NCBI RefSeq assembly: GCF_000142905.1
Contig: NW_013657656.1
Location: forward strand, 117,369-181,368
Source of the DNA: Thecamonas trahens ATCC 50062
Taxonomy: Eukaryota > Protista > Apusomonadida
Length of the DNA: 64,000 nt
Direction: 5' to 3'
Shown here: positions 31,089 to 43,241 of the stretch, in pieces
Position numbering within the stretch: the stretch's first letter is position 1
How the letters are laid out: each line of letters starts with the position of its first letter
The notes under the pieces: generated by a model
Databases searched by the model: none
Told to the model about the DNA's origin: nothing
The model's input: the letters and a program-made list of their open reading frames with translations, nothing else
Made by a program: the position numbers and the translations under genes

Positions 31089-34000
31089 TTACCGCGACAC
31101 AGCGTTCTGGAAACTCCGCAGCCGTTGCGCCGCCTCTAGCAGCGGCGCGATGTGCATCTCGTGCTCGCTGTTCACGCTCCCCGACGCGCCCGCCAGCAGA
31201 TGCGAGGCCGATTCGAGGAGCTCAATCGTCTGCCCCACAGGCTGTCGCGCCAGCGCCTCGCGACTCTTCGCAGAGCCCGGCGCCCACGGCTCGAGCTCCG
31301 CTACTGTCTCGGGCGAGATCGTGGTCAGCGCCTCCGCGTACCCTGCCCGCGAGCTCACTTTGAGCTGGGCCAGGATGGCCGCGAGCCGCTTTCGTGCCAC
31401 AGACACAAGCAGTGCCCCCATCGTCGTGCTGTCACGGACCTGCGCCACAACTTCAGCGCCGCGCACGTCATCGCCTTGCTCATACAGCCGCACCGCGTAC
31501 GCCCGCCGCACCGCGTCTAGCTCCAGCCCAAACGCGCCTGCAAGCTGCATGGCCACCTCAGTCGCCCGCACAACAGACCGCGACACAAACCACATCCGGT
31601 CCTTGTCCATCGGCCCGTAGCTTTTCCCGCGGCTCAGCTCCCAGCTGACTCCGGCGCTGCTAAGGCCTGCCGAGCCGCGGAGCGCCGTAAAGAACCTCTC
31701 TCCCTGCTCCGGAGCAAAGAGACTCAGCGGCTTGATGGCCGACATGCGCCCGTCAATCACAAGGTGCAGCACCTGGCTCAGCACCAGATGACAGCGAACA
31801 CACGCAGCAAGCGAGTCATCGTCTGCCGCGCCTGCTGCGGCAGCAACTCGCGCCCACGTCTCCACATGTGCCGCAGGCACATGCCTCTCGCTGGCAGCAC
31901 AACGGCCTCCGGTATCGGCCTCGAGCGCTTCCGTGAGGGTTGAGAACAGCTGGACGAGGCTCGAACCAAACAGCGGCACCGCCTCGGGTGCCATGCTCAG
32001 CGCCGCTGCTAGCACCCGCATCTTGGGTGCCTTGCCCGCGCCCTGGATCGTGTCAAGCATCGCCCGCGCCCGGTCGGCCATGCACTCGTCGTAGAGTGCA
32101 AGGAGGCCAAAGACTCGCTGGCGCGCAGAGCTGGCGCCCTCGCGCAAGTGCGCCAGCGCTTGCACCAACCACTCCATACGACCGGTTCCGGTCGACGCCA
32201 ACCACGCCCGGCCTAACGCCAGCGCACGGTACACCGGGAGCCACGAGGGTTGGAGCCCGAGCCCGGGCGTGTACGCCACCGTAGCAAGCACCGCCGTCAT
32301 GCTCGCCAGTCGCTCATCCTGAAACAGTGTAGTGTTGCCCGCCAGTCCGGCCCCGGATTCGTTTCCGCTCACTGCGTCGGCCACCATGTTGTCGAGCGAG
32401 CCTGCTACCTTACTCGACTGTGAGTACATGAGCATTCGCAGCGCGAGCAGCCCGTGGATGTTGGTGCTCTGCTCACCGCTCAGCGCAGAGAGGGAGAGCT
32501 CGCCGAGCGTGTCCTCCGCGCCGAGCGCATCCCAGAACTCTGACGCCGACGTTGCCGAGCGCGGTGGTTCCAGCGCAAGCATCGACCGCCACAGGTGCCA
32601 CACACACCGCAGCAGCTCGCGATCGCGGGCAATCGTCTCGCGTGCGCCCTCGCCCACATCGTCGCCCGCCGCCTCGCCGCCTTGGGCGTCGTCGCCCTCG
32701 TCTCGGGCCGACATCACCGCCTCCACAAGAACCAGCACATGTCCGAGCAGCTGGCACTCGTGAATGCGCCCGTGAAGAACAGCAAGAAACGCGGCACGCC
32801 GCGCCGGATCGCTCGCGTACGCGCCTGCCACTACATGCCACGCAGCCGTCATGACCGACCGGCCTACCGCCATTCGCAGCGGTAAACTGGTCCAGAACGT
32901 GACCAGCAGCACGCCAAAGGCTTCGGGCGCCAGCGACCGTGATGCGAGCTTGCTCACTGCCCTAGCTCCACCTGGCTGCGCCACCACCAGCCCAAACGTG
33001 AGCCAGGAGAGTGCCACCAGCTGCGCCCGGGAGCTTTCCTCGTGTGCGTCGGCGGTGAGTTCAAACACCGCCGGCACATCCTCAGACACTTCGTCGCGTG
33101 CAACAGGCCGCAGCAGCGCGAGCGCAGCATCAAGCATAGCGTCCGGATCGTGGAGCTCGAGCTCGAGCGACGCCGAGGCAATCGAAGGCGGCCACTCGGG
33201 CGTGTCAACCGCCAGCGGCTCCGCGTGACGGCTGGCCAGCGAGACCGGCGGTGGCGGCAGCGTGTCGACCGCGGCGGCGGCAAAGGCCACCAGACCGTCG
33301 CAAAGCGGGACCTGCCCGTGGGCCTCCCGCCGTTCTGGAGTCCAGAACTCGTCGTACATGGCCGCTGCCCGCGACGAGTGCGGGAGCACGAACTTGGACC
33401 TCGCAGCAAGCAAGGCATCAGTGGGCGCGAGCGAAAAGAACGCCGGCGACGTGCGCGCCTCTGCTCCCCACAACCGGAGCCAAGCATCGAAAAAGGCAAG
33501 CATATGCGACCGGCCTACTAACCGCCTGAAGAGCGGCTGGCTCACATAGGCTGCTGCCGTCTCTGCATCGCGGGCGCCGTCTGCCCGGAGACCATCCGCA
33601 CGCAGGTTGCCCAGCAGCGTGGCGAGGAGCTTGATCTGGACACCCGGAGGGAGCGCATGGAGCATGGCGTCGACAATGCGGTCAACGTACGCCGGCGTAT
33701 TGACATGCTGCAACAGCTGCACGAGTTCGTGCTTGGTCGCCTCGAGCGACGGGTGCGGGAGCCGGCCGAGATCCGGCCGGGTCCGTGGCCCAGCAAGAGC
33801 CGAAAGAAAGGCCGAGACGTAGTGTTTCTCCTTTCGGGTTGATGCCACGACTTCCGACTCTTCCGAGAGCGCGAGGCAGACCTCATCGCGCTTGCCAGAC
33901 GGGTCAATGAGCCAGAGTGGGGCCGGCGCGAATGGCGCCGACGGTGCCTGAACCAGCACGCCGTTGGAGGCCACCTTGCGGGCGACAAGCCGCTCGCCGT

Positions 34001-35240
34001 GACGCATCCGCCAAATCTCGAGCAGGCCACGCTTCGGTGCGTAGATGACAAGCGCAAGAACCCGCGAGCTCTCGGGCTGTAGCCAACCAAGTTGCGCATC
34101 GCGATAGCCCTTCCATATCCGAACAATGGTCAGGTTTGAGGTATCAAGCAGAAGAACTCGGCCAAAACCATCAGCGAGAGCCGCAATGGCCCCGCGCGGC
34201 GCAGGCACGATCAGACACACCCGTCGCTCGGCATCGGCAATGTATGCGAGCTGCGGCAGCTTGGCCGGCTTGGCGCGCGCGGCGTCGGCAGCTGTGCTTG
34301 AGCGCACGCCGGGACGCGCCAGCGGTGCCACAGCACTCGGGCCGGGCTCTGCGCCGCCAGGCACTACGTTGCGCGAGAACCACGACTTGGCCATCGAAAA
34401 GATGGCGGTGGTAACCTTGGACGCCACATCAGACGCGTAGGCAATAGTCTCGGAGAGCATCGAGGCGCGGGCGTCGAGCTCGTAGGCTGCAATCATCGGG
34501 CCGGAGCCAACGGCAACAAGCCGCGTCGTCCACGGCAGGCCAAACCTGTTCCCGGCAGCAGCGCCAGCGTGGCGGGCCGAGTCCAGAAGCGGTGGGAACC
34601 GGCCGCACATGGCCAGGTCGGCGACCTCGACATGCTTGCCAAACTTGAGCCATTGGTCGTACATCGACTGGAATGGCGGAGAGCCGTGTGGGAGGCCGAG
34701 CCAGTGAGTCAACGCGTCGTGCATCGAGGCCCGGAGGACGACAAAGCCGGTACGCCGGGCATGGAGCACGAGAAAGGCAAGCTCGTCGCCAGCCTTTTCG
34801 GAACCTCCGGGTGCGTCGCCGGCAGGCGGAAGCGATCCAAAGCCGGTCGGGACAACGCAGATCTTGACCACAGGCGATGCGGCGTCCTTGTGCGGCGGAA
34901 TCGAGAGCGCTAGGACCCACGGCGAGAGCGCATTGTTCGGCTCTGGAACGAGGACGTGGACGGCACCGGCAGCGTCGCCGAGCAGGGCAACTAACTGCAG
35001 GGCCGGAAAGGCTGGGAGTCTAAGGAAGGCCAGAGCAGTGGGCACACTCTCCAAGTCTGGTGTCCATGAGACCGGGCATGTGGCGCCCATGTCTGATGTC
35101 GTGAGGGTGAGGGTGATGGCGTCGGCAGCAGGGTCGTGGGTCGCCGAGAGGCACAGGCTCCCGTCGGGCGCCGCCGCCACCAGCGCCCCGTCGGTCCCTC
35201 CGTGGGCCACCGGGGGCAGCGGAATGAGCTCCAGAGCCAT
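31089..35240 (-). CDS. RAB3GAP2: Rab3 GTPase-activating protein non-catalytic subunit (Rab18 GEF component)
   Basis: DGFGRVLLLD...IVRIWKGYRDAQLGW...LVIYAPKRGLLEIW.MRHG signature; 1383 aa. Confidence 0.9.
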   Translation of the reverse strand: MALELIPLPPVAHGGTDGALVAAAPDGSLCLSATHDPAADAITLTLTTSDMGATCPVSWTPDLESVPTALAFLRLPAFPALQLVALLGDAAGAVHVLVPEPNNALSPWVLALSIPPHKDAASPVVKICVVPTGFGSLPPAGDAPGGSEKAGDELAFLVLHARRTGFVVLRASMHDALTHWLGLPHGSPPFQSMYDQWLKFGKHVEVADLAMCGRFPPLLDSARHAGAAAGNRFGLPWTTRLVAVGSGPMIAAYELDARASMLSETIAYASDVASKVTTAIFSMAKSWFSRNVVPGGAEPGPSAVAPLARPGVRSSTAADAARAKPAKLPQLAYIADAERRVCLIVPAPRGAIAALADGFGRVLLLDTSNLTIVRIWKGYRDAQLGWLQPESSRVLALVIYAPKRGLLEIWRMRHGERLVARKVASNGVLVQAPSAPFAPAPLWLIDPSGKRDEVCLALSEESEVVASTRKEKHYVSAFLSALAGPRTRPDLGRLPHPSLEATKHELVQLLQHVNTPAYVDRIVDAMLHALPPGVQIKLLATLLGNLRADGLRADGARDAETAAAYVSQPLFRRLVGRSHMLAFFDAWLRLWGAEARTSPAFFSLAPTDALLAARSKFVLPHSSRAAAMYDEFWTPERREAHGQVPLCDGLVAFAAAAVDTLPPPPVSLASRHAEPLAVDTPEWPPSIASASLELELHDPDAMLDAALALLRPVARDEVSEDVPAVFELTADAHEESSRAQLVALSWLTFGLVVAQPGGARAVSKLASRSLAPEAFGVLLVTFWTSLPLRMAVGRSVMTAAWHVVAGAYASDPARRAAFLAVLHGRIHECQLLGHVLVLVEAVMSARDEGDDAQGGEAAGDDVGEGARETIARDRELLRCVWHLWRSMLALEPPRSATSASEFWDALGAEDTLGELSLSALSGEQSTNIHGLLALRMLMYSQSSKVAGSLDNMVADAVSGNESGAGLAGNTTLFQDERLASMTAVLATVAYTPGLGLQPSWLPVYRALALGRAWLASTGTGRMEWLVQALAHLREGASSARQRVFGLLALYDECMADRARAMLDTIQGAGKAPKMRVLAAALSMAPEAVPLFGSSLVQLFSTLTEALEADTGGRCAASERHVPAAHVETWARVAAAAGAADDDSLAACVRCHLVLSQVLHLVIDGRMSAIKPLSLFAPEQGERFFTALRGSAGLSSAGVSWELSRGKSYGPMDKDRMWFVSRSVVRATEVAMQLAGAFGLELDAVRRAYAVRLYEQGDDVRGAEVVAQVRDSTTMGALLVSVARKRLAAILAQLKVSSRAGYAEALTTISPETVAELEPWAPGSAKSREALARQPVGQTIELLESASHLLAGASGSVNSEHEMHIAPLLEAAQRLRSFQNAVSR

Positions 35241-35290
35241 GGGCGGAGGGATAGAGGTGTGTGGGTGGGGGGGGGGGAGTTGTATTGGCT

Positions 35291-36835
35291 CTAGCGAGAA
35301 GAGGAGGAAGCACCACTGTCGTCGCTCACATCACCGCCAACGTTACCGACACGAACGCCGCCACCATCACCGTCATCATCGCCGCCGCCACCATCATCAC
35401 CACCATCATCGACGCCGCCATCACCGCCATCGCTGTCTAGAGTAGACAGAAGCGACATGGCCGAAGCATCCAGCGAGGTGAGGACGTCGTCCGGGACAGG
35501 AATGGCGTCGATGAGCCAGCTGTCGATAATGTCCGAGCAGGCGGTGAGCTGCTCCCGGAGCATGACGTGGAGCGGGCGGAGATCCATGGTGATGACCAGG
35601 TCATGGACGGCGAGCGCCTGCTCGAGAAGTGAGCGCTGGGTGACGAGCGCAATGTTAAAGTCGAGGGCCCATTGCGCAAACGCTGGGTGGCCGATGGCGC
35701 CGGCGCTTCGGATGGCCTCGCTGATCATGCCCGGCCCGGCCTGGATGTAGACCGAGACGAGGCTGGAGATAACGTGCGAGAGGCGGTGCGACACAGCAGT
35801 GTCTTCCATTGGCGCCACGTGGCCCTGCAGCATGGCCGCAATACCATCGGGCCGGACGCATCGACTATCTGGGTGGTACCAGTTGATGCAGACCTGCAAC
35901 TCGGCATTGCGCTTCCGCATGGCGGCAAGCATGGTGTCGATGGCGTCGATGAGCTCGGCAGAGGCCGACGCGACTTGCCGCTCCAGCGCGGCCGAAGTCT
36001 CGGCCGGGAACGGCGCGGCAACTGCAAAGTGCTCGCGGACAACGACAGTCGAGTTCGATTCGGGCACCGCCACCGGCGGCTCGCCCCAGGCAGTCACCGG
36101 CGCGATGGCGGGCGGGAGCGCGTCGAGCGGCATGCTTGTTGTCCGCTCAAAGCGCGAGAATGCGGCCTGGGCAAAGATCATCATGTCGCGCGAGTAGATG
36201 GTGCCAATCGCCGAGTGGGCAGCGGCATGGGCGAGCTCGTCGAGCGGCGGAATGATGGGCGAGACACGAGCGACATGCAGCGAGCGGGCTCCCGTAGCGG
36301 CATCAGCACTCGACGGCCCGTCGGCGTGGCTGACGAGCGCGGCATGAGCCAGCCGCGCGACACGAGCGTTAGCATTGGCCGCGGCCAGCGCAGCCACAAC
36401 CTCGTCCAACGAGGCCATGGGCGATCGACGCAGAATGCGGGCGGTGGAGTCGGGCAAGGCAACGACCGCCCAGAACGACGACGCCGACCAGGAGAGCTGA
36501 CGGAGGCGATGTAGGACGGAGCCCAAGTTTGCCACGTAGATGTCACGCCAGAAGAACGGATTGTGTCGCGGCGAGTGGGCCGTGTCCAGCTGCTTTGTCT
36601 TGTCCTCAAAAACAGCCAGTACCAGCCTGCGCCACAGCATGTTGTCGCCAGCAGCCACTCTCCAGCGACGGCTCACCTGGCCCGCCCTTGCCAGGTCCGA
36701 GGCACCCAAGCACATCAGCACCCCCTGTAGCACCTCTGCAGGCAAGTCATCCACCCACAGCTCCACCTCTTGCTCCGTGGTGGCGACCTCTCCCGCTGTC
36801 GCAGCCATTCCGAGTCGAGTGCGTGTCCGCTCCAT
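35291..36835 (-). CDS. F-box protein with uncharacterised C-terminal region
   Basis: LPAEVLQGVLMCLGASDLARAGQVSRRW...DNMLWRRL F-box. Confidence 0.8.
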   Translation of the reverse strand: MERTRTRLGMAATAGEVATTEQEVELWVDDLPAEVLQGVLMCLGASDLARAGQVSRRWRVAAGDNMLWRRLVLAVFEDKTKQLDTAHSPRHNPFFWRDIYVANLGSVLHRLRQLSWSASSFWAVVALPDSTARILRRSPMASLDEVVAALAAANANARVARLAHAALVSHADGPSSADAATGARSLHVARVSPIIPPLDELAHAAAHSAIGTIYSRDMMIFAQAAFSRFERTTSMPLDALPPAIAPVTAWGEPPVAVPESNSTVVVREHFAVAAPFPAETSAALERQVASASAELIDAIDTMLAAMRKRNAELQVCINWYHPDSRCVRPDGIAAMLQGHVAPMEDTAVSHRLSHVISSLVSVYIQAGPGMISEAIRSAGAIGHPAFAQWALDFNIALVTQRSLLEQALAVHDLVITMDLRPLHVMLREQLTACSDIIDSWLIDAIPVPDDVLTSLDASAMSLLSTLDSDGGDGGVDDGGDDGGGGDDDGDGGGVRVGNVGGDVSDDSGASSSSR

Positions 36836-37095
36836 ACCCGCGGGGGGGGGGGAGGGGGGAGGGGGGGGAGGGTGATCGGGCGGGGGCGAGTCAGCCACAC
36901 ACACACTCGGACACACACCACCGCCACACACCGCGGCACACGGGGCACAACCACCGCTCGCACACGTACAACCACCGCACGCTCACACCGCACACACACA
37001 CGCGCGCGCACACACAGTGGAGACAACGCCGTCGCGTGACTTTGACTCGCATCTCATCACCACTCAGGAGCAGCAAGAGCTGCAGCACAGACACC

Positions 37096-37881
37096 ATGCT
37101 GGCCGCTGGCGAGGAGGGCGGGCAGGGGAGCAAGGGCAAGGGCGGGGCAGAGTTGGAGCTGGACTTTCTGGACGATGACGAGGCTGGGGGGCTGGAGGGT
37201 GGCCTTGGTATGCAAGGTGGGCAGCGAGCTGGTGAGGCAGCAGGCGGCCGGCAAAACGAGGCGGCAGTGGCGGTGGGCGGCATGATGTCGGCGCCGACGC
37301 AGTTCCTCACCGATCGCGGCTACGGGTGGCTGCTCGAGGTGGACGAGTCTGCCGAGGCCGAGGGCGAAGGCTTGTCGCTGCTGGAGGAACTGGACATTGA
37401 CGTGTGGGACATTGCATATAAGATCCGGTGCGTGGTGCTCCCTTTCCGGTTCGACAAGTCCATCATCCTGACTCAGACCGACTTCTGGGGCCCGTTCTTT
37501 GTGGTTCTCGCCTACGCCCTGCTCTCGTTGTGGGGCAATATGGCGGTGCTCTCGTGGATCCTGACCATCTGGGCTGTTGGCTCGGGCCTCATCTTTCTGA
37601 TTGCCCGCAGCCTCGGTGGCAACGTGAGCTATGGGCAGGTCCTGGGCGTGGTCGGCTACTCGCTCATTCCGCTCATCGTCATGGTCGCTGCTGAGCCGCT
37701 GCTGCATGCGGCCGGGGGCGAGTCGGCGTTTGTTCTCGGGCGGGCCTTTGCGGTGGTGTGGGCGGCGTACTCGGCCGGCTCGCTGCTGGTGACCGAAGAG
37801 CTGATGCGCCGCCGCTTCCTCGTCATGTACCCGATCTTTCTGTTGTACGTCTATTTCGTCTCGCTGCACTCGGGTGCATAG
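37096..37881 (+). CDS. YIPF4: Yip1-domain Golgi protein (YIPF4-like)
   Basis: GYGWLLEVD, LLEELDID...KIRCV, DFWGP, GQVLGVVGYSLIP, YPIFLLYVYFVSL. Confidence 0.88.
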   Translation: MLAAGEEGGQGSKGKGGAELELDFLDDDEAGGLEGGLGMQGGQRAGEAAGGRQNEAAVAVGGMMSAPTQFLTDRGYGWLLEVDESAEAEGEGLSLLEELDIDVWDIAYKIRCVVLPFRFDKSIILTQTDFWGPFFVVLAYALLSLWGNMAVLSWILTIWAVGSGLIFLIARSLGGNVSYGQVLGVVGYSLIPLIVMVAAEPLLHAAGGESAFVLGRAFAVVWAAYSAGSLLVTEELMRRRFLVMYPIFLLYVYFVSLHSGA

Positions 37882-37938
37882 TCGTTGCCGACTCGATAAA
37901 GAAAGGACAGAAGAAAGGTGAGAATAGAGCAGGTTTAC

Positions 37939-38841
37939 TTACTCGGCACCGTCGGCAGCGACGGCAATGGCGTCGGCGGTCGAGCCGGCCTCGACGTCGT
38001 CGTTGGCGCCGTCGGCGAGCGGCTTGAGCTCGGCGGTCTGAGAGAGGCCAGCGAGAATCTCGTCCTCCAGAAAATGGGTCTCGCCGACGACAACGAGCGA
38101 GTGCAGCGGCGGGCCAAAGTCGAGCGGGAGGAGCTCGGCGATGGAGCCGGCGGCGATGACCTGGGTCTCCTGGCCGACGCGGGCGAGGGCGACGACCTGG
38201 GTATCGGCGGTGAGGATGCCCTCGCCGTACTTCTCCTCGACCTCGAGGAACTGCGAGAGGCACTGATTGACGGTCATGAACCGCGGCGGGTCGTAGATCA
38301 TGCGGCCCTTGGCGAGGTTCTCGTCGGAGATCTCCTTCATCTTGATGTCGAGGAGGCAGAGGGTGTGCAGGCCGGCGGCGGCGTTGATCTTGACCTTGTT
38401 GTAGAACGAGTCCGGGCGCCAGGTCTCGGTGAAGAAGACGACCGAAACGGTGAGGCCAAAGTTGTACAGCTGCAGGCCGCACGCGCCGGCGGCGTTCATG
38501 ATGGACGCGTTGTGGATGACCGAGACGGTGACGCCTGCGGCCCGGGCGCGGACGACGAGGTCGGTATGGGTGGTGGCGCCAAACGGATCGCCCACCACCA
38601 GGAACCCGATGTTCTCCTCCTTGGCCGGCTCGATGAGGGTATCATCCGCCCCGGACTCGACCAGCTCGCGGTCCGCCACAATAACCTCCACCCCGTAGAA
38701 CGCCTCGAGCTCCTCCTTGGACGCTCCGAGCACGGACGTGTACGCCTCCAGATACACCCGCGCGCACGTCCGCACAGCCTCCAGGCCCTTGACCGTGATA
38801 TCCTTGGCATCACCGAGCCCGAGTCCAATCATGTACAGCAT
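37939..38841 (-). CDS. DPH5: Diphthine methyl ester synthase
   Basis: [66 protein letters not shown]. Confidence 0.96.
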   Translation of the reverse strand: MLYMIGLGLGDAKDITVKGLEAVRTCARVYLEAYTSVLGASKEELEAFYGVEVIVADRELVESGADDTLIEPAKEENIGFLVVGDPFGATTHTDLVVRARAAGVTVSVIHNASIMNAAGACGLQLYNFGLTVSVVFFTETWRPDSFYNKVKINAAAGLHTLCLLDIKMKEISDENLAKGRMIYDPPRFMTVNQCLSQFLEVEEKYGEGILTADTQVVALARVGQETQVIAAGSIAELLPLDFGPPLHSLVVVGETHFLEDEILAGLSQTAELKPLADGANDDVEAGSTADAIAVAADGAE

Positions 38842-39058
38842 CCTCAACCGCTTTAGTCTGGCTACTGCGAGGCGTGTCGTCTGCTCCCGCCCCTTGACCC
38901 CTCCCTCTCCTTCCCGCTGCTGGATGGCCCGCTGTCGCCGCCCGTCCGTTCGCCGCTCACTCGCCCTCGCCCTCCCCCCCCTCCCCCCCCCCACTCGCTC
39001 GCCACCCGCTCGGCCACTCGCCTCCATTGGGACATTCGCGTGACCGGGCCTGCCGAGC

Positions 39059-39488
39059 ATGGACCCCGAGTTTGCCTGGATGCTGGAGGCTGAAGTGGTA
39101 CGAGCTTCGAACGGGGGTGGAGTCGGTGGGTGGATGCAGGATGAGGAGTGGGTGGAAGTGGGGAGGGGGAAGAGGGGCTGGGAGGGGGGGGAGGGGGGGG
39201 GGGAGGGGGTGAGTGAGCGCCCGCGCCAAAACTTGAACTAACGAAACTACGACCTTTTTGGGGGCGCAGCCGACGTCGAGTCGCGCCAGGTCAGGCCAGG
39301 AGACGCACAAGCGCAGGCGTGAGCCGATGACAAGCACACCATCTCGTGCGAGCCATGCAGGGACCAACGACGCGCGGGGTGATCCCAAGCGGCGGAAAAC
39401 CCTACATGGCCAGCCTGCGCTTGCACCGCAAGGACTCGAGTCTCAGCTCATCTTTGCTCTCGCTGCGTTTGAGACGGACCCACTCGCC

Positions 39489-39520
<32 letters not shown>

Positions 39521-42500
39521 GGCGCCCGCCGCGAGCCCCGCACCTCCAAGCCTTGGTCTCGATTCTCACCTTCTTGCCGCGCTCGGGGCGATTGGCTCAG
39601 ACCCACTCGCCTCGCAGTCGCAACCATCGCTGTCTGACGCTCAGAGACTCACCGCGGGCGAGCCGACGCCAAGCCGGGCGCAGGCTGGGCGAGCGCCGTC
39701 GACCACGCCAAAGGCCAGCCTTGAAACCGGCTGCTCGCCGTTCGACTCGTACCCGCGCGTCGCGAGCACGTCGCCGCAGCCTGGGCTGGGCCGCGCGAGA
39801 GGCGGAGGCCGTGGTGTGTCGATTACTGTGGACTACGACACGCCATCACGCCCTTCCCGTTCTTCCTCGACCACCAGGCCACCCCTGGTCAGTTGCCGAC
39901 CGAGTCACCCGCCGCTCTCTATTGACGACATGATCGCAATGGAGGCCGCCGCCGCAGGCGACCCCAACCCCGACCCCAACCCACCTCCTCCCAGCCTCAA
40001 CCCAGGCCCGCCGCCGCTCTCCATTGACGACATGATCGCAATGGAGGCCGCCGCCACAAGCGATCCCAATCCCGACCCCAACCCACCTCCTCCCAGCCTC
40101 AACCCAGGCCCGCCGCCGCTCTCCATTGACGACATGATCGCAATGGAGGCCGCCGCCGCAAGCGACTCCAATCCCGACCCCAACCCACCTCCTCCCAGCC
40201 TCAACCCAGGCCCGCCGCCGCTCTCCATTGACGACATGATCGCAATGGAGGCCGCCGCCGCAGGCGACCCCAACCCCGACCCCAGCCCACCTCCTCCCAG
40301 CCTCAACCCAGGCCCGCCGCCGCTTTCCATTGACGACATGATCGCAATGGAGGCCGCCGCTTCAGGCGGCCCCAACCCCGACCCCAGCCCACCTCCTCCC
40401 AGCCTCAACCCAGGCCCGCCGCCGCTCTCCATTGACGACATGATCGCAATGGAGGCCGCCGCCGCAGGCGACCCCAACCCCGACCCCAGCCCACCTCCTC
40501 CCAGCCTCAACCCAGGCCCGCCGCCGCTCTCCATTGACGACATGATCGCACTCGAAGCCGCGGCGTCACTCCTCCAGCCTCCGCCGCCGCCGCCGCTGCC
40601 GCAATCACACCCTACCCGGTCGCCATCGTCCATCACGTTTGCCTCGCTCGGCCTCCCACCCGAGATTTGCGCGCGCTTCAAGGCCAAGGGCATCGCCGAC
40701 ATGTACCCGTGGCAGAAAGAAGCGCTGGCAACGCCAGGTGTGCTCGAGGGCCGCAACTTTGTGTACACCGCCCCGACGTCCGGCGGCAAGACCCTGGTCT
40801 CGGAGCTCCTAATGATGCGCGCGCTCGTGGCTGACCGCCGCAAGAAGGTCCTCTTTGTCCTCCCGTACATCTCGCTTGTCAAGGAAAAGGTACGACACCT
40901 CAAGCCGTTTCTCGCCCGCGCCGGCCTACGCATCGGCGGCTTTTTTGGCAACGAGCAGCCGCGCGGTGGGTTCTTTGAGGCGCGCCCGCCCATCAACCTC
41001 GCCGTGTGTACCATCGAAAAAGCCAACACCCTTGTCAACCGCCTCGTCTCCTCGGGCAAGCTGGCAAGCATGGTCTCGCTCATTGTTGTTGACGAGGTCC
41101 ACATGTGTGCCGAAAAGATGCGCGGCTACATCCTCGAGCTCATGCTCTCCAAGGTCATGTACCTCAAGTCACGGCTGCCGGCCGTCCCGCAGATCGTCTG
41201 CATGTCTGCCACTCTTCCCAACCTCAAGACTCTCTGTACCTGGCTCGACGCCGCTCTCTACACCACCGCCTATCGCCCGATTCCACTCCTGCAGTACGTT
41301 CTTCTCGGTCCGCGGCTCTCGCTGCTCGAGACCAGCGCCTCCACTGCCGCCGCCGTCCCGCAAAGTGAGGTTCTTGTCCAGGGTATAGTCCCGGGTGGCT
41401 CGCACGAGGCCCGCCTGCTCTCACTTGTCCTCGACGTCGTTGCCATGTCCAAGTCGGTGCTCATCTTCTGCGGCTCGCGGCGGATGTGTGCTACACGCGC
41501 CAAACGACTGGCGACTCTGCTCGCGGCCTCGCCGCGTTGCGCAGAGCTTCCGTCCTCGCCGAAGCTCGCCGCCGCCCGCCACGCAGTCCTTGACAAGCTG
41601 GCAAACCTCACTCAAGTCGTCCACCCGGTCCTTGCACGCACCATCCCGTTCGGCTTTGCCTTTCACCACGCTGGCCTCACCGTCCAGGAGCGATCGGTCA
41701 TAGAGTCCGCGTTCCGCGACGGCGTCCTCCACACTCTCGCTGCCACCTCGACGCTCGCGGTCGGCGTCAACCTGCCCGCACGTCGGGTCATCCTCGACTC
41801 GCCGCGCCTCGGCTTTGGCTTTCTCGACGCCGCAAAGTACCTGCAGATGTGCGGCCGCGCCGGCCGTGCCGGCCAGGACACGCTTGGGGAGTCGATCATG
41901 TGCATCAATCCGCGCGTCGCCTCCGAGGTGGAGTGGTACAACAACGTGCTCAACGCCGCGTCCGGTCTCGCGCCGCTGGCCTCGTCGCTCGCTTCGGCAG
42001 AAATCGGCCTCACCCGCATCTTGCTCGAAGGCATCGCCGCCAGCGTCGTCACCTCGGTCGCAGACTCGCGCGCATTCTTGCATGCCACCCTCTACGCCCG
42101 GCTGGCGCAGGAGAGCGGTGTGGCACCCGCTTCACAACTCCCGGAAGAACTCGAGACCGCGCGCGCGGCTGCCATTTCATGGCTCGCTAGCCACGACTTT
42201 GTGGCTGTCGGCCGCGCAGGGGGCGCTGCGGGTGCCGAAGGCCTCGCCCCGACCCACAAGGGCGTGGCGTGCGTGGCGTCGGCGCTGACGCCCGACCAGG
42301 CGCTGGTTGTCTATGACGAGCTGCTCAAGGCCTCGCAGGGCATCAATCTGCAAACCATCCTGCACCCACTCTACCTCGCCACCCCCATCGACTTGCAGTT
42401 TTTCAAGGCCACCTCAGTCTCGTCGTCGCGCGGCAAGTGGGTTCAGTTTGCTGAAGCCCTTCACAACATGGGCAGTGTGACCGAGGAGGTTATGACGGCC

Positions 42501-43162
42501 ATCGGGCTGTCGGCCAAGTACGTCATCGACAAATCTCACGGTGCGCCCTTCTCCAAGGCCCAGCGCGAGGCGCTCCAGCTATACAATAGGTTCTACGGTG
42601 CGCTTGTTCTTTTGACCTTGTCGAGGAAGTGCCGCTCGTCGAGATCGAGCGCAAGTACTGCATCGACCGCGGCGAGATCCAGTCGCTGCAGGCCATGGCT
42701 GCCTCGTACGTCGGCATGATGGAGGTCTTCTGCAACCGCCTCTCGTGGGACATGATGGAGGCCATGTGCAAGACGCTCAAGCCGCGCCTCGAGTTTGGCG
42801 TCCGCGCCAAGCACAAGTTTCTCATGGCCCTCCCGTCCATGACCCTCACTGCCGCCCGCATCCTCTACGACGCCGGCATCACACGGACCATCGACGTCGC
42901 CACCGCATCTGTCGACGACCTCGTCTCCATCGTCGCCTCCAACACCTCGTTTAAGGACAACACCTCCGATCGCCATCGCTTCATCGCAACGCTCCGCGAC
43001 CGCATGGCCGCCGTCCGTGACGAAGCCTACGAGGAGCTCTGCGAAATGGCGAAGCAGACCGGCGCAGAACCACCATCTCGCGAGGCCCTCGCCGCCCTCC
43101 CCAACCAGGCCCTCGACTTTCGCTCCGCCGCCGCTCGCCCCAGCTCGCTCCATCACTCGTAG
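39059..43162 (+). CDS. HELQ / POLQ-helicase-like Ski2-family DNA helicase without polymerase domain; probable intron ~39098-39269 and a frameshift at ~42610-42613
   Basis: [68 protein letters not shown]; C-terminal RLEFG / ARILYDAG in the second frame; intron branch point ACTAAC at ~39237. Confidence 0.88.
39907..40560 (+). repeat. Coding minisatellite, 102-bp unit (34 aa), about 6.4 copies
   Basis: ATTGACGACATGATCGCA starts at 39921, 40023, 40125, 40227, 40329, 40431 and 40533. Confidence 0.97.
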
Positions 43163-43241
43163 CCACACTCTCCGCCGAGCGAGCGCCGAGGCCAGCAAAA
43201 GCACCCACTCTCTCATCTCTCTCTCCCCTCTGCCCCTCCGT

